Of a stretch of 64,000 nucleotides of DNA, positions 10,975 through 20,704 are shown one piece after another (the first letter of the stretch is position 1; each line of letters opens with the position of its first letter). The DNA lies in assembly GCA_963712115.1 (NCBI GenBank), contig CAVQGX010000030.1:1-64000 (forward strand), read 5' to 3'. The position numbers and the translations under genes are program-made. This DNA comes from an uncultured delta proteobacterium. Lineage in GTDB: Bacteria; Desulfobacterota; Syntrophobacteria; BM002. The notes under the pieces were generated by a model. That model made no database searches. It was not told the DNA's origin and worked only from the letters and a program-made list of their open reading frames with translations.

Positions 10975-10992
10975 TCCAGAAAATGTTTCTGA

Positions 10993-11175
10993 TCACAGTG
11001 AAGACTGCTTGAGGCTATCAAGTTCTTCTTCTGTGATCATGGGGTTAAACCATGCGTCTTTGCAGCCTTTACTGCAGAAGAAATAGACTCCTTCATCGCT
11101 GTGAAGCAGCATGGTCAAATCGTCTTGCTCAAGGGTCTTCAAGGTTTTGTTACATTGGCTGCAGGCAAGCTTCAT
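10993..11175 (-). CDS. Small YHS/TRASH-like metal-binding protein
   Basis: CSQC ... YFFCSKGC; GGAGG upstream. Confidence 0.6.
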   Translation of the reverse strand: MKLACSQCNKTLKTLEQDDLTMLLHSDEGVYFFCSKGCKDAWFNPMITEEELDSLKQSSL

Positions 11176-11206
11176 TTTGGGCAGGCCTCCAATAGCGAGT
11201 TAAGGG

Positions 11207-11578
11207 CTACTCACCATCAACCGCTTTGTGGAAAGTCTTCGTCTCAAAGTGCTTTGCAATCAACTTGTGAAGAACCTGGCGGTCATCTGGTGACATTCTG
11301 GTAAACTGAACACCTATGCCAAAATAGGGGTCGCCTTCACTGTTCTTTAAAACAGTTGACCAGACCACTTTTGCGTTAAGATTCATTGCCTTATAATCGG
11401 GAGCCTGGATGACCATTAGAAAGCCTTCTTCAAGTGGAGGTAGTTCCTTGCAGGAGACAAAGGCACCTTTGGAGCTGAAATTTTCTATTTTGCCCTCCAC
11501 CTGGAGTTGAGGGCTCAACATAGTGACAGGCCACTTGATTTCCGCTCTAGGGACTATGCGCTTTTCTTGTTTACTCAT
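11207..11578 (-). CDS. PilZ-domain protein
   Basis: EKRIVPR and NFSSKG motifs, GIGVQF. Confidence 0.85.
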   Translation of the reverse strand: MSKQEKRIVPRAEIKWPVTMLSPQLQVEGKIENFSSKGAFVSCKELPPLEEGFLMVIQAPDYKAMNLNAKVVWSTVLKNSEGDPYFGIGVQFTRMSPDDRQVLHKLIAKHFETKTFHKAVDGE

Positions 11579-11592
11579 CCGTGCCTCCCCCA

Positions 11593-11776
11593 TAGCCCGG
11601 ATATTTCATGAATCACCTGCTGCGACCACGGATATGGCCGTCCTTCCGGGCGTCCTCGGGTGTCGGTCCCTGCGACGTACCGTTCAGGTACGTCTCTGGA
11701 CCAACACCCTGCGATTGCCCGGTTGCGTGACCATCTTCATGGTCTCGCGACAGCAATTCATGAAATATCCGGGCCA
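11593..11776. mobile_element. MITE-like element family A, copy 2
   Basis: TAGCCCGGATATTTCATGAA ... TTCATGAAATATCCGGGCCA; interior colinear with copy 1. Confidence 0.85.
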
Positions 11777-11949
11777 GAGAAAATGCTATAGCTAGCGCAT
11801 TCCCGGCCCCGCTTTAGCGGGACTGCAGGGAGCTTCAGTTGTTTCCACGGATAAGGTAGAAATGCAGGAAATATGCCACAGATGTCAACAAGTTTGGGGG
11901 TTGAGCGAGAGTAGAGGTAGGATGTTGTGGGTTAACGGAACTTGGTCTT

Positions 11950-12507
11950 TTATGATGCTTCAAGTATTTTCTTTTCCACTAGGTAAACATTTTGCCCCAA
12001 GTCTTTGAGATGCCCCTTAAATTTTAATGTTTCGATGCTTTGTCTCAAGGTTTGTGCGGTAAAGTCGCTGGAAACGTAGATGTCTTTGAATTCAATCACA
12101 CTTTTCGGATGAACCTCGGCCCAAGACTTAAGTAGGATTCTAAGTGATTCCTCCCTCTCAGTTTCGTCCACTTCAAGACCCAGCAAAGTTCTGAAGTTTG
12201 ATGAGTTGAGTACTTGTCCATTATCACCTGAGAGAAAGTCAAGTGATTTGGCCTTGAGGTGGTGGCACAAAAACCTCACGAGAAGCCATTCCAGAGGAAC
12301 ACCTAGCTTATAAAAGGTGTAGTCTTCCGAGAACTCCCTGCTTACTCCCATAAGAGTTCTCCATTTGTCATAAGGATCAGTGAAGCTGACACCCTGCACG
12401 GTGAAATCGAAAAGAAAACGGTCAAGAGCGCGTTTGCTTTCAGCTTTTTGAATGGAAAGGCTGTAGACATTGTCAGGCAATATCAGGATGTTAGGAAAAT
12501 GTACCAT
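11950..12507 (-). CDS. Hypothetical protein, possible C-terminal winged helix
   Basis: 185-aa ORF; C-terminal LRQSIETLKFKGHL..VYLV pattern. Confidence 0.55.
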   Translation of the reverse strand: MVHFPNILILPDNVYSLSIQKAESKRALDRFLFDFTVQGVSFTDPYDKWRTLMGVSREFSEDYTFYKLGVPLEWLLVRFLCHHLKAKSLDFLSGDNGQVLNSSNFRTLLGLEVDETEREESLRILLKSWAEVHPKSVIEFKDIYVSSDFTAQTLRQSIETLKFKGHLKDLGQNVYLVEKKILEAS

Positions 12508-12678
12508 CTAGGTAGCCTTTTGGATACAGAATTATTCTCGTCGAAGTCCTTATCCTATGTCGTAGCCTGACTCTTCTACTGGAAATAGATTTTTCTTTAC
12601 GCAAATATAATGCCAAGAGGTAAAAAAGCAAATCGAAATTAGTGAGTGCATAACTGAAAAAAAATTTACCTCTGCCCC

Positions 12679-12802
12679 TTGTCTTTTCACTTCTTTGGAG
12701 TTACTTTTCCCACATGCGGTATGGTTCAGAGTCACAAGCTCGTTTTTCCCCATGCCGTTCTAAATCCCCCACCCTCGTAACAATCGGGGGTGGGGGTTTT
12801 TT
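12679..12802 (+). ncRNA. Candidate ~90-nt sRNA with its own promoter and terminator
   Basis: TTGTCT-N17-TACTTT (12679-12707); GCGGTATGG/CCATGCCGT stem; CCCCCACCC/GGGGTGGGGG hairpin followed by T6. Confidence 0.45.
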
Positions 12803-12823
12803 ATTGTTCTCTCTCTGGTTGAC

Positions 12824-13096
12824 TCAATCCGAGGCTAGAGGATTGCCTGCTGTACCCTTGTTATAAAGATGCTCGAGAAATAGTGCCATAGTCTGCTCCG
12901 GTGAATAGAGCGCATCCGCCAATTCCTCTATGGCAAGCGATTTAGCCTTTTCCTCTACAAACCTCTGAATTTCTATCCTCATGATCTCCCGGTCCGAGTC
13001 GGTGGTGAACCCATGTAAATCGAGCTGAGGCTCAACCATGCGCCAGATTTCTTCTTGAAGCTCCCTTATAATCATTACCCTGCTTGGTTTGCGCAC
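12824..13096 (-). CDS. Hypothetical protein
   Basis: 90-aa ORF, GAGGTG upstream. Confidence 0.55.
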   Translation of the reverse strand: MRKPSRVMIIRELQEEIWRMVEPQLDLHGFTTDSDREIMRIEIQRFVEEKAKSLAIEELADALYSPEQTMALFLEHLYNKGTAGNPLASD

Positions 13097-13243
13097 TTAC
13101 TCTACTTTTACACCTCAGGGGCTAACTGCTTGGCGAATGGATAGCTTGGTCTGCCGTTTTTTTGTTGCCATTACTCATCTCATTCCTGTAATTTTAAAAC
13201 CATCCAAGAGTTTCACAAAATATCTGCTAAAAACCTCCAACAA

Positions 13244-13864
13244 TTGGCGTTTGCGAGAGATTGGGCCATGTGTAGAGGAAGATGGTTTCTTTCATTCATT
13301 CTAATCTCTTTGGCTTTTTTGGGCTGTGAAAGCATCAAGGGATCTGGGATTAAAGAGTTAGAGGGGCAAACTGTTTTTAACAGAGTCAGTTTCAGGACTG
13401 ATGGAGAAAACAAAATCAAAAATACGAACCCTTTCTCCAGTAAGGTTTTGATTCCCCCGGGAACTGCGTGCACTATTAAAGCTATTTCACCCGAAGAAAT
13501 CAAGTTTATTGCCGCCGGGGAAAGGTATGTGCTCACTAGCTGGCGCATAGGCTACGGCGGAGTGAATACACGAGCATCATTTTACAAGTTTTTTGCAGAG
13601 AATAAGGAAGCAGTCGGCCTTGATAAAGTTAACCCAGACTTTCGTGAAAGCGTCTTAGCGGGAATAGCAGAAGTGGGCATGACCAAAGGAGAGGTTTTGC
13701 TCAGCCTTGGATATCCTGCTTATCTTGGTAAAGAAAATCCTACTACCGATGATAGCCGGGCAGCGATTCTTGCCAATGACGATTGGTATTACTTGAAATC
13801 CGGAAAAGAAAAAGTCTCGTTGAAATTCGCGGCAGGGGTACTTACTCAGATAGTCGGGCAATGA
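13244..13864 (+). CDS. Lipoprotein with a C-terminal SmpA/OmlA-like motif (start probably a little downstream)
   Basis: Lipobox FLGC; VGMTKGEVLLSLGYP..WYY. Confidence 0.65.
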   Translation: MAFARDWAMCRGRWFLSFILISLAFLGCESIKGSGIKELEGQTVFNRVSFRTDGENKIKNTNPFSSKVLIPPGTACTIKAISPEEIKFIAAGERYVLTSWRIGYGGVNTRASFYKFFAENKEAVGLDKVNPDFRESVLAGIAEVGMTKGEVLLSLGYPAYLGKENPTTDDSRAAILANDDWYYLKSGKEKVSLKFAAGVLTQIVGQ

Positions 13865-13922
13865 TTAAGGTCCAAACATTAGGAGTTCTGGATCTCGGGT
13901 CAAAGAAAGGTATCTTGTTCCA

Positions 13923-14198
13923 ATGATTGTCAAGACAGACGCAATCTATCATTTGTCATTACTTTTTATTATCTCCATGATTTTTTTCCCACTCAAACGG
14001 AGTCGTCTAGTCATTTTATTATTGGTAATTCCAGGGTTAACAGAAATTTTACAGTTTTTCGTGCCGGGCCGAGTACCTGACTTTATGGACGCGTTCCATG
14101 GGTATCTCGGAATTCTTCTAGCCTACTGTCTGATTCAAATGTGGCGAGAGATATTGCCGGCAGTAAAGAAATTTCGGCTCCATCTTCAGAAGCAATAA
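13923..14198 (+). CDS. VanZ-family membrane protein
   Basis: DAIYH, TEILQFFVPGRVPDFMD. Confidence 0.8.
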   Translation: MIVKTDAIYHLSLLFIISMIFFPLKRSRLVILLLVIPGLTEILQFFVPGRVPDFMDAFHGYLGILLAYCLIQMWREILPAVKKFRLHLQKQ

Positions 14199-14418
14199 TA
14201 TAATTACCCCTTTACTTTATTTCGTCTTGACAATACCACTCTCACTTGTGGTAAGGTGCAAGTACTGCGCTGTTTTATTCTTTTGGCCAGGTCTTGGTAC
14301 TGGCCCAGCCCCATTTGTCTTTCCCATCTTAGAAAACCTCAACCCTTAGGCACTTCCGTTCGAGCACATCAGATTAGCTTTAGACTGGCGGCAATTTTCG
14401 ACAAAAAGGGGGGGAGTC

Positions 14419-14781
14419 ATGGCTACAGAAAAGCGTCAACACCCTAGAGTTGAAATCTCCTGGTCAGCAACTATCATAACTCCAGATGGCCTGGTGAGCT
14501 GTAGAACGGAGAACCTAAGTGCCGACGGTACTCTGATTCGCTGTTCTGCATTGCCCGATAAACTACATAGCTTCCGCCTAGTCTTCAGGCCCTCTGAGCG
14601 CCAACTAATTCTTGCCACTGCAGAAAGGGTATGGTCGAAGACTGTAGACACTGACCACAACACGCCCCATGCCATGGGAGTCCGTTTCACCTTTGTCCCT
14701 GGCCACGATTACCAGCAGATTAGCGCGGCAATTTCAAACAACAGCTATGGCCAGAAGAGCCGAATGAGCGCGGCTTTGTAG
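14419..14781 (+). CDS. PilZ-domain protein
   Basis: EKRQHPR, NLSADG, MGVRF. Confidence 0.85.
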   Translation: MATEKRQHPRVEISWSATIITPDGLVSCRTENLSADGTLIRCSALPDKLHSFRLVFRPSERQLILATAERVWSKTVDTDHNTPHAMGVRFTFVPGHDYQQISAAISNNSYGQKSRMSAAL

Positions 14782-14824
14782 CTCACAAGTTTCTATTTAC
14801 AATCTCCATTTTAGCCATGCAGGG

Positions 14825-14840
14825 TGGCATAAACCCTGCA
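14825..14840 (+). promoter_or_regulatory. Sigma54 -24/-12 promoter
   Basis: TGGCATAAACCCTGCA (GG-N10-GC), 31 nt before the FHA gene. Confidence 0.6.
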
Positions 14841-14871
14841 CATTAGTGGGTCAAATTTCGAGGGGTGCCAT

Positions 14872-15237
14872 ATGTATCGGTTAGAGGTGAAGTTCCAAAA
14901 CCTCACGATGAAAGAGTACATTCCACAGAAGGAGCGTACACTGACGGTTGGTCGTCATCGTGAAAATGACATTGTGCTCAGAGATAACAGCGTCTCCCGC
15001 CATCACGCATGCTTCACTAAAGAAGGGGAAAATTTAGTTGTCACTGACAAGGGAAGCAAAAACGGAACGATTGTCAACGGACTGAGAGTGGAATCAGTTC
15101 GGTTAGAGGATGGTGACGTTATCAGAATTGGTGACAACCTGGTTATTGTAGTACATGTTTCTTCAGACTCTGAGGCAGAGGCAACCGTAACTGGAGAGCA
15201 CGTAAAAAGAAGTATTGTGCCAAATACTTCTGAATGA
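14872..15237 (+). CDS. FHA-domain protein
   Basis: VGRHRENDI, VSRHHA, DKGSKNGTIVNG. Confidence 0.9.
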   Translation: MYRLEVKFQNLTMKEYIPQKERTLTVGRHRENDIVLRDNSVSRHHACFTKEGENLVVTDKGSKNGTIVNGLRVESVRLEDGDVIRIGDNLVIVVHVSSDSEAEATVTGEHVKRSIVPNTSE

Positions 15238-15245
15238 ACTGCTAC

Positions 15246-15414
15246 CTAGGAGTGTGTCGGACTAGCTAGCTCTCAATGGAAAAATAGGGACGCAAGGTTC
15301 AGTCGCACTGGCATTCTGACTAACGTTGACCACTCCATTCGCCGTTTTAGGGTCCCATTAGGGCCACGATGACCACCAAGTGTCCAATAAAGAGGTACTC
15401 CGACAGACTCCTAG
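15246..15414. mobile_element. MITE-like element family B, CTAG at both ends
   Basis: CTAGGAGTGTGTCGGA ... TCCGACAGACTCCTAG. Confidence 0.75.
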
Positions 15415-15443
15415 CCCGGATAATTCATGAATTATCCGGGCCA
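15412..15443. repeat. Collapsed family-A element (two TIRs head to head)
   Basis: TAGCCCGGATAATTCATGAATTATCCGGGCCA; supplies the stop codon of the 15425-16627 gene. Confidence 0.75.
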
Positions 15444-16627
15444 GCGGGATGACCACTTGCAGATCCCTTGAATTCTACTCTACCCTTCTTAAATAGTATT
15501 TTCTTTGCTTCTTCGGCAGATAAGGCACCATCAATTATTGCAGTAGTCAATTTGTGTAGCACTCGTGTATCTATGAAGATAAGATCGTCAAGCTGCTCTG
15601 CGTCTTCATCAGCATAGGGTATGCGTCTATCTTCGGGGTCGTTTTCTATGTCATGATTTACAATTAGTGCTCCATCGGCTCTTGTACCCAATCCAGAAAA
15701 GTGCAAATCTTGCCAGACTTGAGTAATAAACTTGTAAGACGGAATGACACTGTGAGTCCCCTTAATTTTAACTATAACAATTCTGTTATTATGCTTGATC
15801 AAAATATTTTCGTTGAACTCGGCTCTCTTCGCTTTATTCATAAAAGATAATTTCAAAGACCAATATTTTGCCAGTATAATTGCAACAGCTTTTTTGAGTT
15901 CTTCACCCTCCAGATATAAAATGCTCCTCAATTGTTCATAGGTCTTTTTTATTTTCTTTTTTTTGTCAACGAGCTTTTCTATCTTCTTTTCATATTCTGC
16001 TATTTTTCTATCAATAACTTGTATAGATTCAGGATAATACTGGCCGCTGTCTAGCCAATTTGTTTTATCAGATGTAACCCTAGGCTTCCCATCAACGGGA
16101 ACTGCCGCATTAGCACCTGCTTCTCTGCTAGGTGCTTCCTTTACCACCTCTATGTTCAAGAATAGATTTTTGGGGAATTCCTTCTTGGGCTCAGGTATGG
16201 ACTCGGTACAGTCCTTTTCACTGGTAGCTTGAACCGTTGGCTCATTATGAGCCGCGCCACCACCAGTAAGATGGTCGTCAGCCTCAACAGATTCCTCACT
16301 GGCTCCCTCTTTTTGGAATTCCTCCTCTATCAGCTTGGCAGCAGCCGACTCGCTCGATTCGAATAATTTGACTAAGGCTTCTTCAAAATCCGGATTCGTC
16401 TCATTTTCGCTTGCGACCGTTCCCTTACTGTCTCTGGCATCGATTCCCAACAACTCATCATCCAGCGTGTCAGCCAGAGCATCAAATTCAACACCGGAGA
16501 GATTAAGATTTGTTTCTATGGTCTCCAGGTACTCGTCTGCGGGATCCACTAGATCAATGATCTCACCTTCAAGGTTATCTTCCCGGATATCCAGCTCAGC
16601 AGTATCTTTGACAGACTTTTTTTTCAT
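15425..16627 (-). CDS. Hypothetical protein: acidic disordered N-terminus, coiled coil, restriction-endonuclease-like C-terminus
   Basis: LEGEEL..AV..IL, ENILIK..VIVKIKG..TQVW..GALIVNH..P..R. Confidence 0.6.
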   Translation of the reverse strand: MKKKSVKDTAELDIREDNLEGEIIDLVDPADEYLETIETNLNLSGVEFDALADTLDDELLGIDARDSKGTVASENETNPDFEEALVKLFESSESAAAKLIEEEFQKEGASEESVEADDHLTGGGAAHNEPTVQATSEKDCTESIPEPKKEFPKNLFLNIEVVKEAPSREAGANAAVPVDGKPRVTSDKTNWLDSGQYYPESIQVIDRKIAEYEKKIEKLVDKKKKIKKTYEQLRSILYLEGEELKKAVAIILAKYWSLKLSFMNKAKRAEFNENILIKHNNRIVIVKIKGTHSVIPSYKFITQVWQDLHFSGLGTRADGALIVNHDIENDPEDRRIPYADEDAEQLDDLIFIDTRVLHKLTTAIIDGALSAEEAKKILFKKGRVEFKGSASGHPAGPDNS

Positions 16628-16890
16628 TGAAACCTTTGCCCCTTGAACTGCACGCCTCTTTTAGTGGAGCAGAGGCGCAATTATTCGCATCCAGTTTCTT
16701 TACTAATGCAATTCGTGTACCACAGTAAGGTACCCCTTCAACAAGGGAATGGTGGTTTTTCCTATTGACAATGACCGTCCTGTGTTTAGCTTCGTGGATA
16801 CGGTTAATGCTTTTTTAACCGATGAAATGATGCCCTCAAACAACCTGTTTCGGAACTTTGATTCGCTGAGACGGGTGGGAGGTAAATACA

Positions 16891-17460
16891 ATGTCTGGAC
16901 AAGCCGCAGAAAAAAGAGAGCCAAAGGTAAACGGCGTTGATGTAGGCGCCGTTGAGAGTACGGTCAAAGCTATTGAAGAAAAACCTGATCTCGCCAAGTC
17001 CAAATTCCGAGCCCACAACACATGGATCGACGGTGGACACAATCGTTCCACCATCAACTCTTTTTACGGTGCTGGTCAGGAAAATTACCGTAGTAAACCC
17101 TTTGTACTGGAAGCGGACGAACCCCCACTCCTGGCTGGAGAAGACCGGGGAGCCAATCCTGTGGAACATCTTCTCAATGCACTGGCAGCTTGCATGACCA
17201 CCACCATGGTCTACCACGCTGCGATTCGCGGTATCAATTTGGAGGAAGTAGAATCGGAGTTGGAGGGAGATATTGATCTCCGTGGCTTCCTGGGCCTATC
17301 CGATGAGGTCAGAAGAGGATATGAGGAGATCCGGGTCAATTTCAAAGTTAAAACGGATGCTGAGAACGTGGAAAAGCTGAAGGCCTTCAGCAGACTATCG
17401 CCGGTTTACGATGTGGTCAGCAATGGGACGCGAGTCAAGGTTAAAATAGAGAGAAAGTAA
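16891..17460 (+). CDS. OsmC-family protein
   Basis: VNGVDV, ADEPPLLAGEDRGANPVEHLLNALAAC, GDIDLRGFLG, SPVYD. Confidence 0.9.
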   Translation: MSGQAAEKREPKVNGVDVGAVESTVKAIEEKPDLAKSKFRAHNTWIDGGHNRSTINSFYGAGQENYRSKPFVLEADEPPLLAGEDRGANPVEHLLNALAACMTTTMVYHAAIRGINLEEVESELEGDIDLRGFLGLSDEVRRGYEEIRVNFKVKTDAENVEKLKAFSRLSPVYDVVSNGTRVKVKIERK

Positions 17461-17476
17461 AGGGAGCTAATATAAT

Positions 17477-17504
17477 TTGACTTTTCTCAAAGAACCACTA
17501 TAAT
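17477..17504 (+). promoter_or_regulatory. Sigma70 promoter of the cold-shock gene (5' UTR about 120 nt)
   Basis: TTGACT-N16-TATAAT. Confidence 0.65.
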
Positions 17505-17630
17505 CACCACAATCAATAAAGGGCCGTCCTTGTTGGCGGCCCGGTTTCGTTCTGAGGGAAGCTCCATTTGTCAAAAGTGGCAACCTCAAGTTTGGGACCA
17601 TGAGAACTTTTTAGAAAGGAGGGTGTCACT

Positions 17631-17831
17631 ATGGCTAATGGAATTGTCAAGTGGTTTGATGACCGCAAAGGCTACGGCTTCATCGAGCAGGAAGATGGCA
17701 CGGATGTATTCGTTCACCATTCAGGGATCAATGCAACCGGCTTCAAATCTCTCAGTGAAGGCGACAACGTGACTTTTGATGTAGAGCAGGGCAAGAAAGG
17801 CCCTTCAGCAGTTAATGTAACTGTATCCTAA
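17631..17831 (+). CDS. cspA: Cold-shock protein
   Basis: [24 protein letters not shown]. Confidence 0.95.
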   Translation: MANGIVKWFDDRKGYGFIEQEDGTDVFVHHSGINATGFKSLSEGDNVTFDVEQGKKGPSAVNVTVS

Positions 17832-17851
17832 GTTGCTTTGCCAAGTCAAAA

Positions 17852-17891
17852 CAGGGCATTTCATCTGACTCGATGGAATGCCCTTTTTTTT
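17852..17891 (+). terminator. Intrinsic terminator after csp
   Basis: GGGCATTTCATC/GATGGAATGCCC stem followed by T8. Confidence 0.85.
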
Positions 17892-17915
17892 GTCCTAATC
17901 GCAGGAGGTTATTCA

Positions 17916-18983
17916 ATGAAAAGGTATTTGTTCTTGATCTTGGTCATGATTGTAATTGGCATGCCCATGACGCCTCTAGCCTCGACAAAATCCAGTTGCA
18001 CCGAAACGGTGCCGGAACTGTTCCGAAGACTCTCGTCTTCGGTTGTCTCCATCTCCGCTGTATCTTTTGATCCTTTTAGGTCGAGAAACCGGATGGCAAC
18101 CACAGTTGGTTCTGGCTTAATTATTAGGGAAGACGGGCTAATACTCACAAACTCACATCTTGTTTTTGCACACCAAACAATCAGCGTGACTTTGGATGAC
18201 GGGCGAATGGTCCCAGCGGAACTGGTGGGAGCAGATCCGCTCCTCGATCTTGCTGTGCTAAGAATTCGGATACCGGCCAAGGGCTTTCCCGACATAAGTT
18301 TTGGCGACTCTGACAAAATTGAAATCGGAGAAGAAGTGCTGGCAATTGGCAATCCCTTTGGATTGGAGCAAACTCTGACGATGGGAATAATCTCCGGTAT
18401 TAACCGGACGCTTCCCACAGCCCCCATGACCCTTAGACTCCCGCTCATCCAAACCGATGCAGCCATTAATCCTGGTAACTCTGGCGGCCCTCTGGTAAAC
18501 CGCTGTGGAGAGGTGATAGGCATAAACACCGCCATGCTTGGTCGGGCAGAAAACATAGGTTTTGCCATCCCCATCAATTTAGCCAAGAGATTCTTGCCCC
18601 AGTTAATTGACAAGGGCAGGGTCATTCGCCCTTGGGTGGGTGTCGGCGGTAAGTATATTAAGAAAGAGCTGGGCGAGATCATTAACATCCCCATGGTAGA
18701 TGGTTTTTTGGTGGAAACGATAGATCCCGAAAGTCCTGCCGAGCGAGCAGGATTACGTAAAGGTTATCTGCCGGTGACTACTGGAGGTAATGAATTCCTA
18801 TTTGGTGGGGACATTATCATCGCCGGCAACGGACAGCGGCTTGATAGTTTAGAGGAGTTGGTAAAATTCACTCGCTCTCTCAATGTGGGGGACAAAGTGC
18901 GGTTCACCCTTTACTATAAAGGCGAAACCCGAGAAGTTGAAATGCAGTTGAAGGAGAGGCCCATTCTGCCGGGTGATCTTTAG
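17916..18983 (+). CDS. HtrA/DegS-like trypsin serine protease with PDZ domain
   Basis: GSGL, LTNSH, DLAVL, IQTDAAINPGNSGGPL; signal peptide; GGAGG. Confidence 0.92.
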   Translation: MKRYLFLILVMIVIGMPMTPLASTKSSCTETVPELFRRLSSSVVSISAVSFDPFRSRNRMATTVGSGLIIREDGLILTNSHLVFAHQTISVTLDDGRMVPAELVGADPLLDLAVLRIRIPAKGFPDISFGDSDKIEIGEEVLAIGNPFGLEQTLTMGIISGINRTLPTAPMTLRLPLIQTDAAINPGNSGGPLVNRCGEVIGINTAMLGRAENIGFAIPINLAKRFLPQLIDKGRVIRPWVGVGGKYIKKELGEIINIPMVDGFLVETIDPESPAERAGLRKGYLPVTTGGNEFLFGGDIIIAGNGQRLDSLEELVKFTRSLNVGDKVRFTLYYKGETREVEMQLKERPILPGDL

Positions 18984-19067
18984 TTGAGTCCGCGGCGATT
19001 GTATTACATTCACCTTAGTAGATAGGGCCTAACATTCAATATTTAACTATGGTGTCCTCCTAGAAGA

Positions 19068-19108
19068 TAAAAAACAGCCGCTCATGTGAAACAAGAGCGG
19101 CTGTTTTT
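19068..19108. terminator. Bidirectional terminator
   Basis: AAAAACAGCCGCTC/GAGCGGCTGTTTTT between convergent htrA and tRNA-Pro. Confidence 0.8.
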
Positions 19109-19118
19109 GTCGCATACT

Positions 19119-19196
19119 TGGTCGGGACGAGAGGATTTGAACCTCCGACCCCCTGAACCCCATTCAGGTGCGCTAGCCAGACTGCGCTACGTCCCG
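19119..19196 (-). tRNA. tRNA-Pro(GGG)
   Basis: CGGGACGTAGCGCAG..CCTGA ATGGGGT TCAGG..GGTTCAAATCC..CCCGACCA. Confidence 0.96.
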
Positions 19197-19251
19197 ACAG
19201 TAGGTGATGTAACACCATTTCTAGACTGTGTCAAGGAGTCAGGGGACAGCA

Positions 19252-20657
19252 TGTAGTTGGTACATAATGTGACCGCATATTTTAACAAATGAAATGTCCG
19301 CTTTTCGGCGGAAGGCTGTACAAAGGTAACCGAGGAGGGTTGCCTATGAAACTGTACGGGCCATCCGCGCTGGAGCGGGCAATGAAGATTCAAGAAGTGA
19401 TCCTTAGAGCGATGAGCGGACAGTTGAAGTGGACACAAGCAGCTGACATTTTGGCGATAAGCCCACGTAGTTTGAGGCGTTGGAGAGGGCGCTACGAGCT
19501 CTATGGCTATGACGGTCTTTTGGACCGTCGTACAGGAAAACCCTCGCCCCGTCGGGCACCGGTGGCGGAGGTTGAGAAGGTACTTCGCCTCTACCGCGAG
19601 CGATATCAGGGCTTTAATGTCCGCCATTTCCATGGGATTGCACGCAGAGAACATGAAGTAAGCCTTTCATACAGCTTTGTCAAAAAAGCACTCCAGGAAG
19701 CAGGCCTAGTCAAAAAAAGACGTAAACGCGACAGACACCGCAAAAGACGAGAGCGCCGGGCCCTGTTTGGAGAAATGCTCCATCTGGATGGCAGCCGTCA
19801 TAGGTGGTTGGCCCGAAACGCAGAGCAATACCAAACGATGATTACCGTAGTCGATGACGCCACCAACGGTCTTCTGTATGCCCAGCTGTGGAAAAAAGAG
19901 TCCACCTGGGCGGTGATGACAGCCCTGGGCGAGGTCACAGAAACCTACGGGATCCCCATGGCACTGTATACCGATCGGGCCAGCTGGGCCTTCCATACTC
20001 CCAAGGCAGGAGGTCGGGTGGACAAGGAAAACCTCACCCAAGTTGGACGCTGTTTGGCTCGTCTCGGCGTAGAGCATATTCCCTCCTACTCGCCGCAAGC
20101 ACGAGGACGAAGTGAGCGCATCAATCGCACCCTACAGGATCGGTTGGTTAATGAGTTGCGAATCGCTAGAATCTCCACCATCAAAGGGGCAAATCGGTAT
20201 CTGCGTCAGCGCTTTTTGCCTCAGTACAATCAAGAATTCAAAAGAGAGCCAGCTCTCCCACAAAGTGCTTTTGTCACTGCTGGCAACGCTAACCTCAACC
20301 AAATTCTCTGTCTCGAAGAAGGTCGCACTGTCGCTAAAGACAATACTGTGGTCATGAACAAGGTGCGACTCCAAATAGACAAACAGCCAGGAAGAGCCTC
20401 CTGTGCAGGCTTACGTGTTATTGTGCGAAAATACCTCGATAATACACACACTGTCTGGTGGGGTACTAGATTGCTGGGTCGCTACAATGCCAAAGGAAAG
20501 CCGGTACCAAAACAAGTAACTCACAGCACTGAACTCCAGGCATCCAACCGTATCCCCGTTGCTAAAGCCTCGTCATGGTAACAGGGGGAGGACTGAAAAC
20601 TATGGAGCGGACATTTCATTTGTCAAAATGAACCGGACAAATCACTTGTCAACAACA
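19252..20657 (+). mobile_element. IS1202-family (former ISNCY) insertion sequence with 17-bp target duplication
   Basis: TGT...ACA ends; subterminal IR ACAAATGAAATGTCCGCT / AGCGGACATTTCATTTGT; DR GGAGTCAGGGGACAGCA at 19235-19251 and 20658-20674. Confidence 0.9.
19346..20581 (+). CDS. DDE transposase (IS1202/ISNCY)
   Basis: N-terminal HTH; LHLDGS.H.W, LYTDR, SPQARGRSERINRTLQDRL. Confidence 0.92.
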   Translation: MKLYGPSALERAMKIQEVILRAMSGQLKWTQAADILAISPRSLRRWRGRYELYGYDGLLDRRTGKPSPRRAPVAEVEKVLRLYRERYQGFNVRHFHGIARREHEVSLSYSFVKKALQEAGLVKKRRKRDRHRKRRERRALFGEMLHLDGSRHRWLARNAEQYQTMITVVDDATNGLLYAQLWKKESTWAVMTALGEVTETYGIPMALYTDRASWAFHTPKAGGRVDKENLTQVGRCLARLGVEHIPSYSPQARGRSERINRTLQDRLVNELRIARISTIKGANRYLRQRFLPQYNQEFKREPALPQSAFVTAGNANLNQILCLEEGRTVAKDNTVVMNKVRLQIDKQPGRASCAGLRVIVRKYLDNTHTVWWGTRLLGRYNAKGKPVPKQVTHSTELQASNRIPVAKASSW

Positions 20658-20704
20658 GGAGTCAGGGGACAGCAGATAGCCCTTCGACAGGCTCAGAGCA
20701 AGCT

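Noticed and set aside
12550-12753. 67-aa minus-strand ORF
   Set aside because: No SD or recognisable features; overlaps the sRNA candidate and an AT-rich promoter region.
15275-15310. GGGACGCAA as a c-di-GMP-I riboswitch
   Set aside because: Lies inside MITE family B between convergent genes; other consensus parts are missing.
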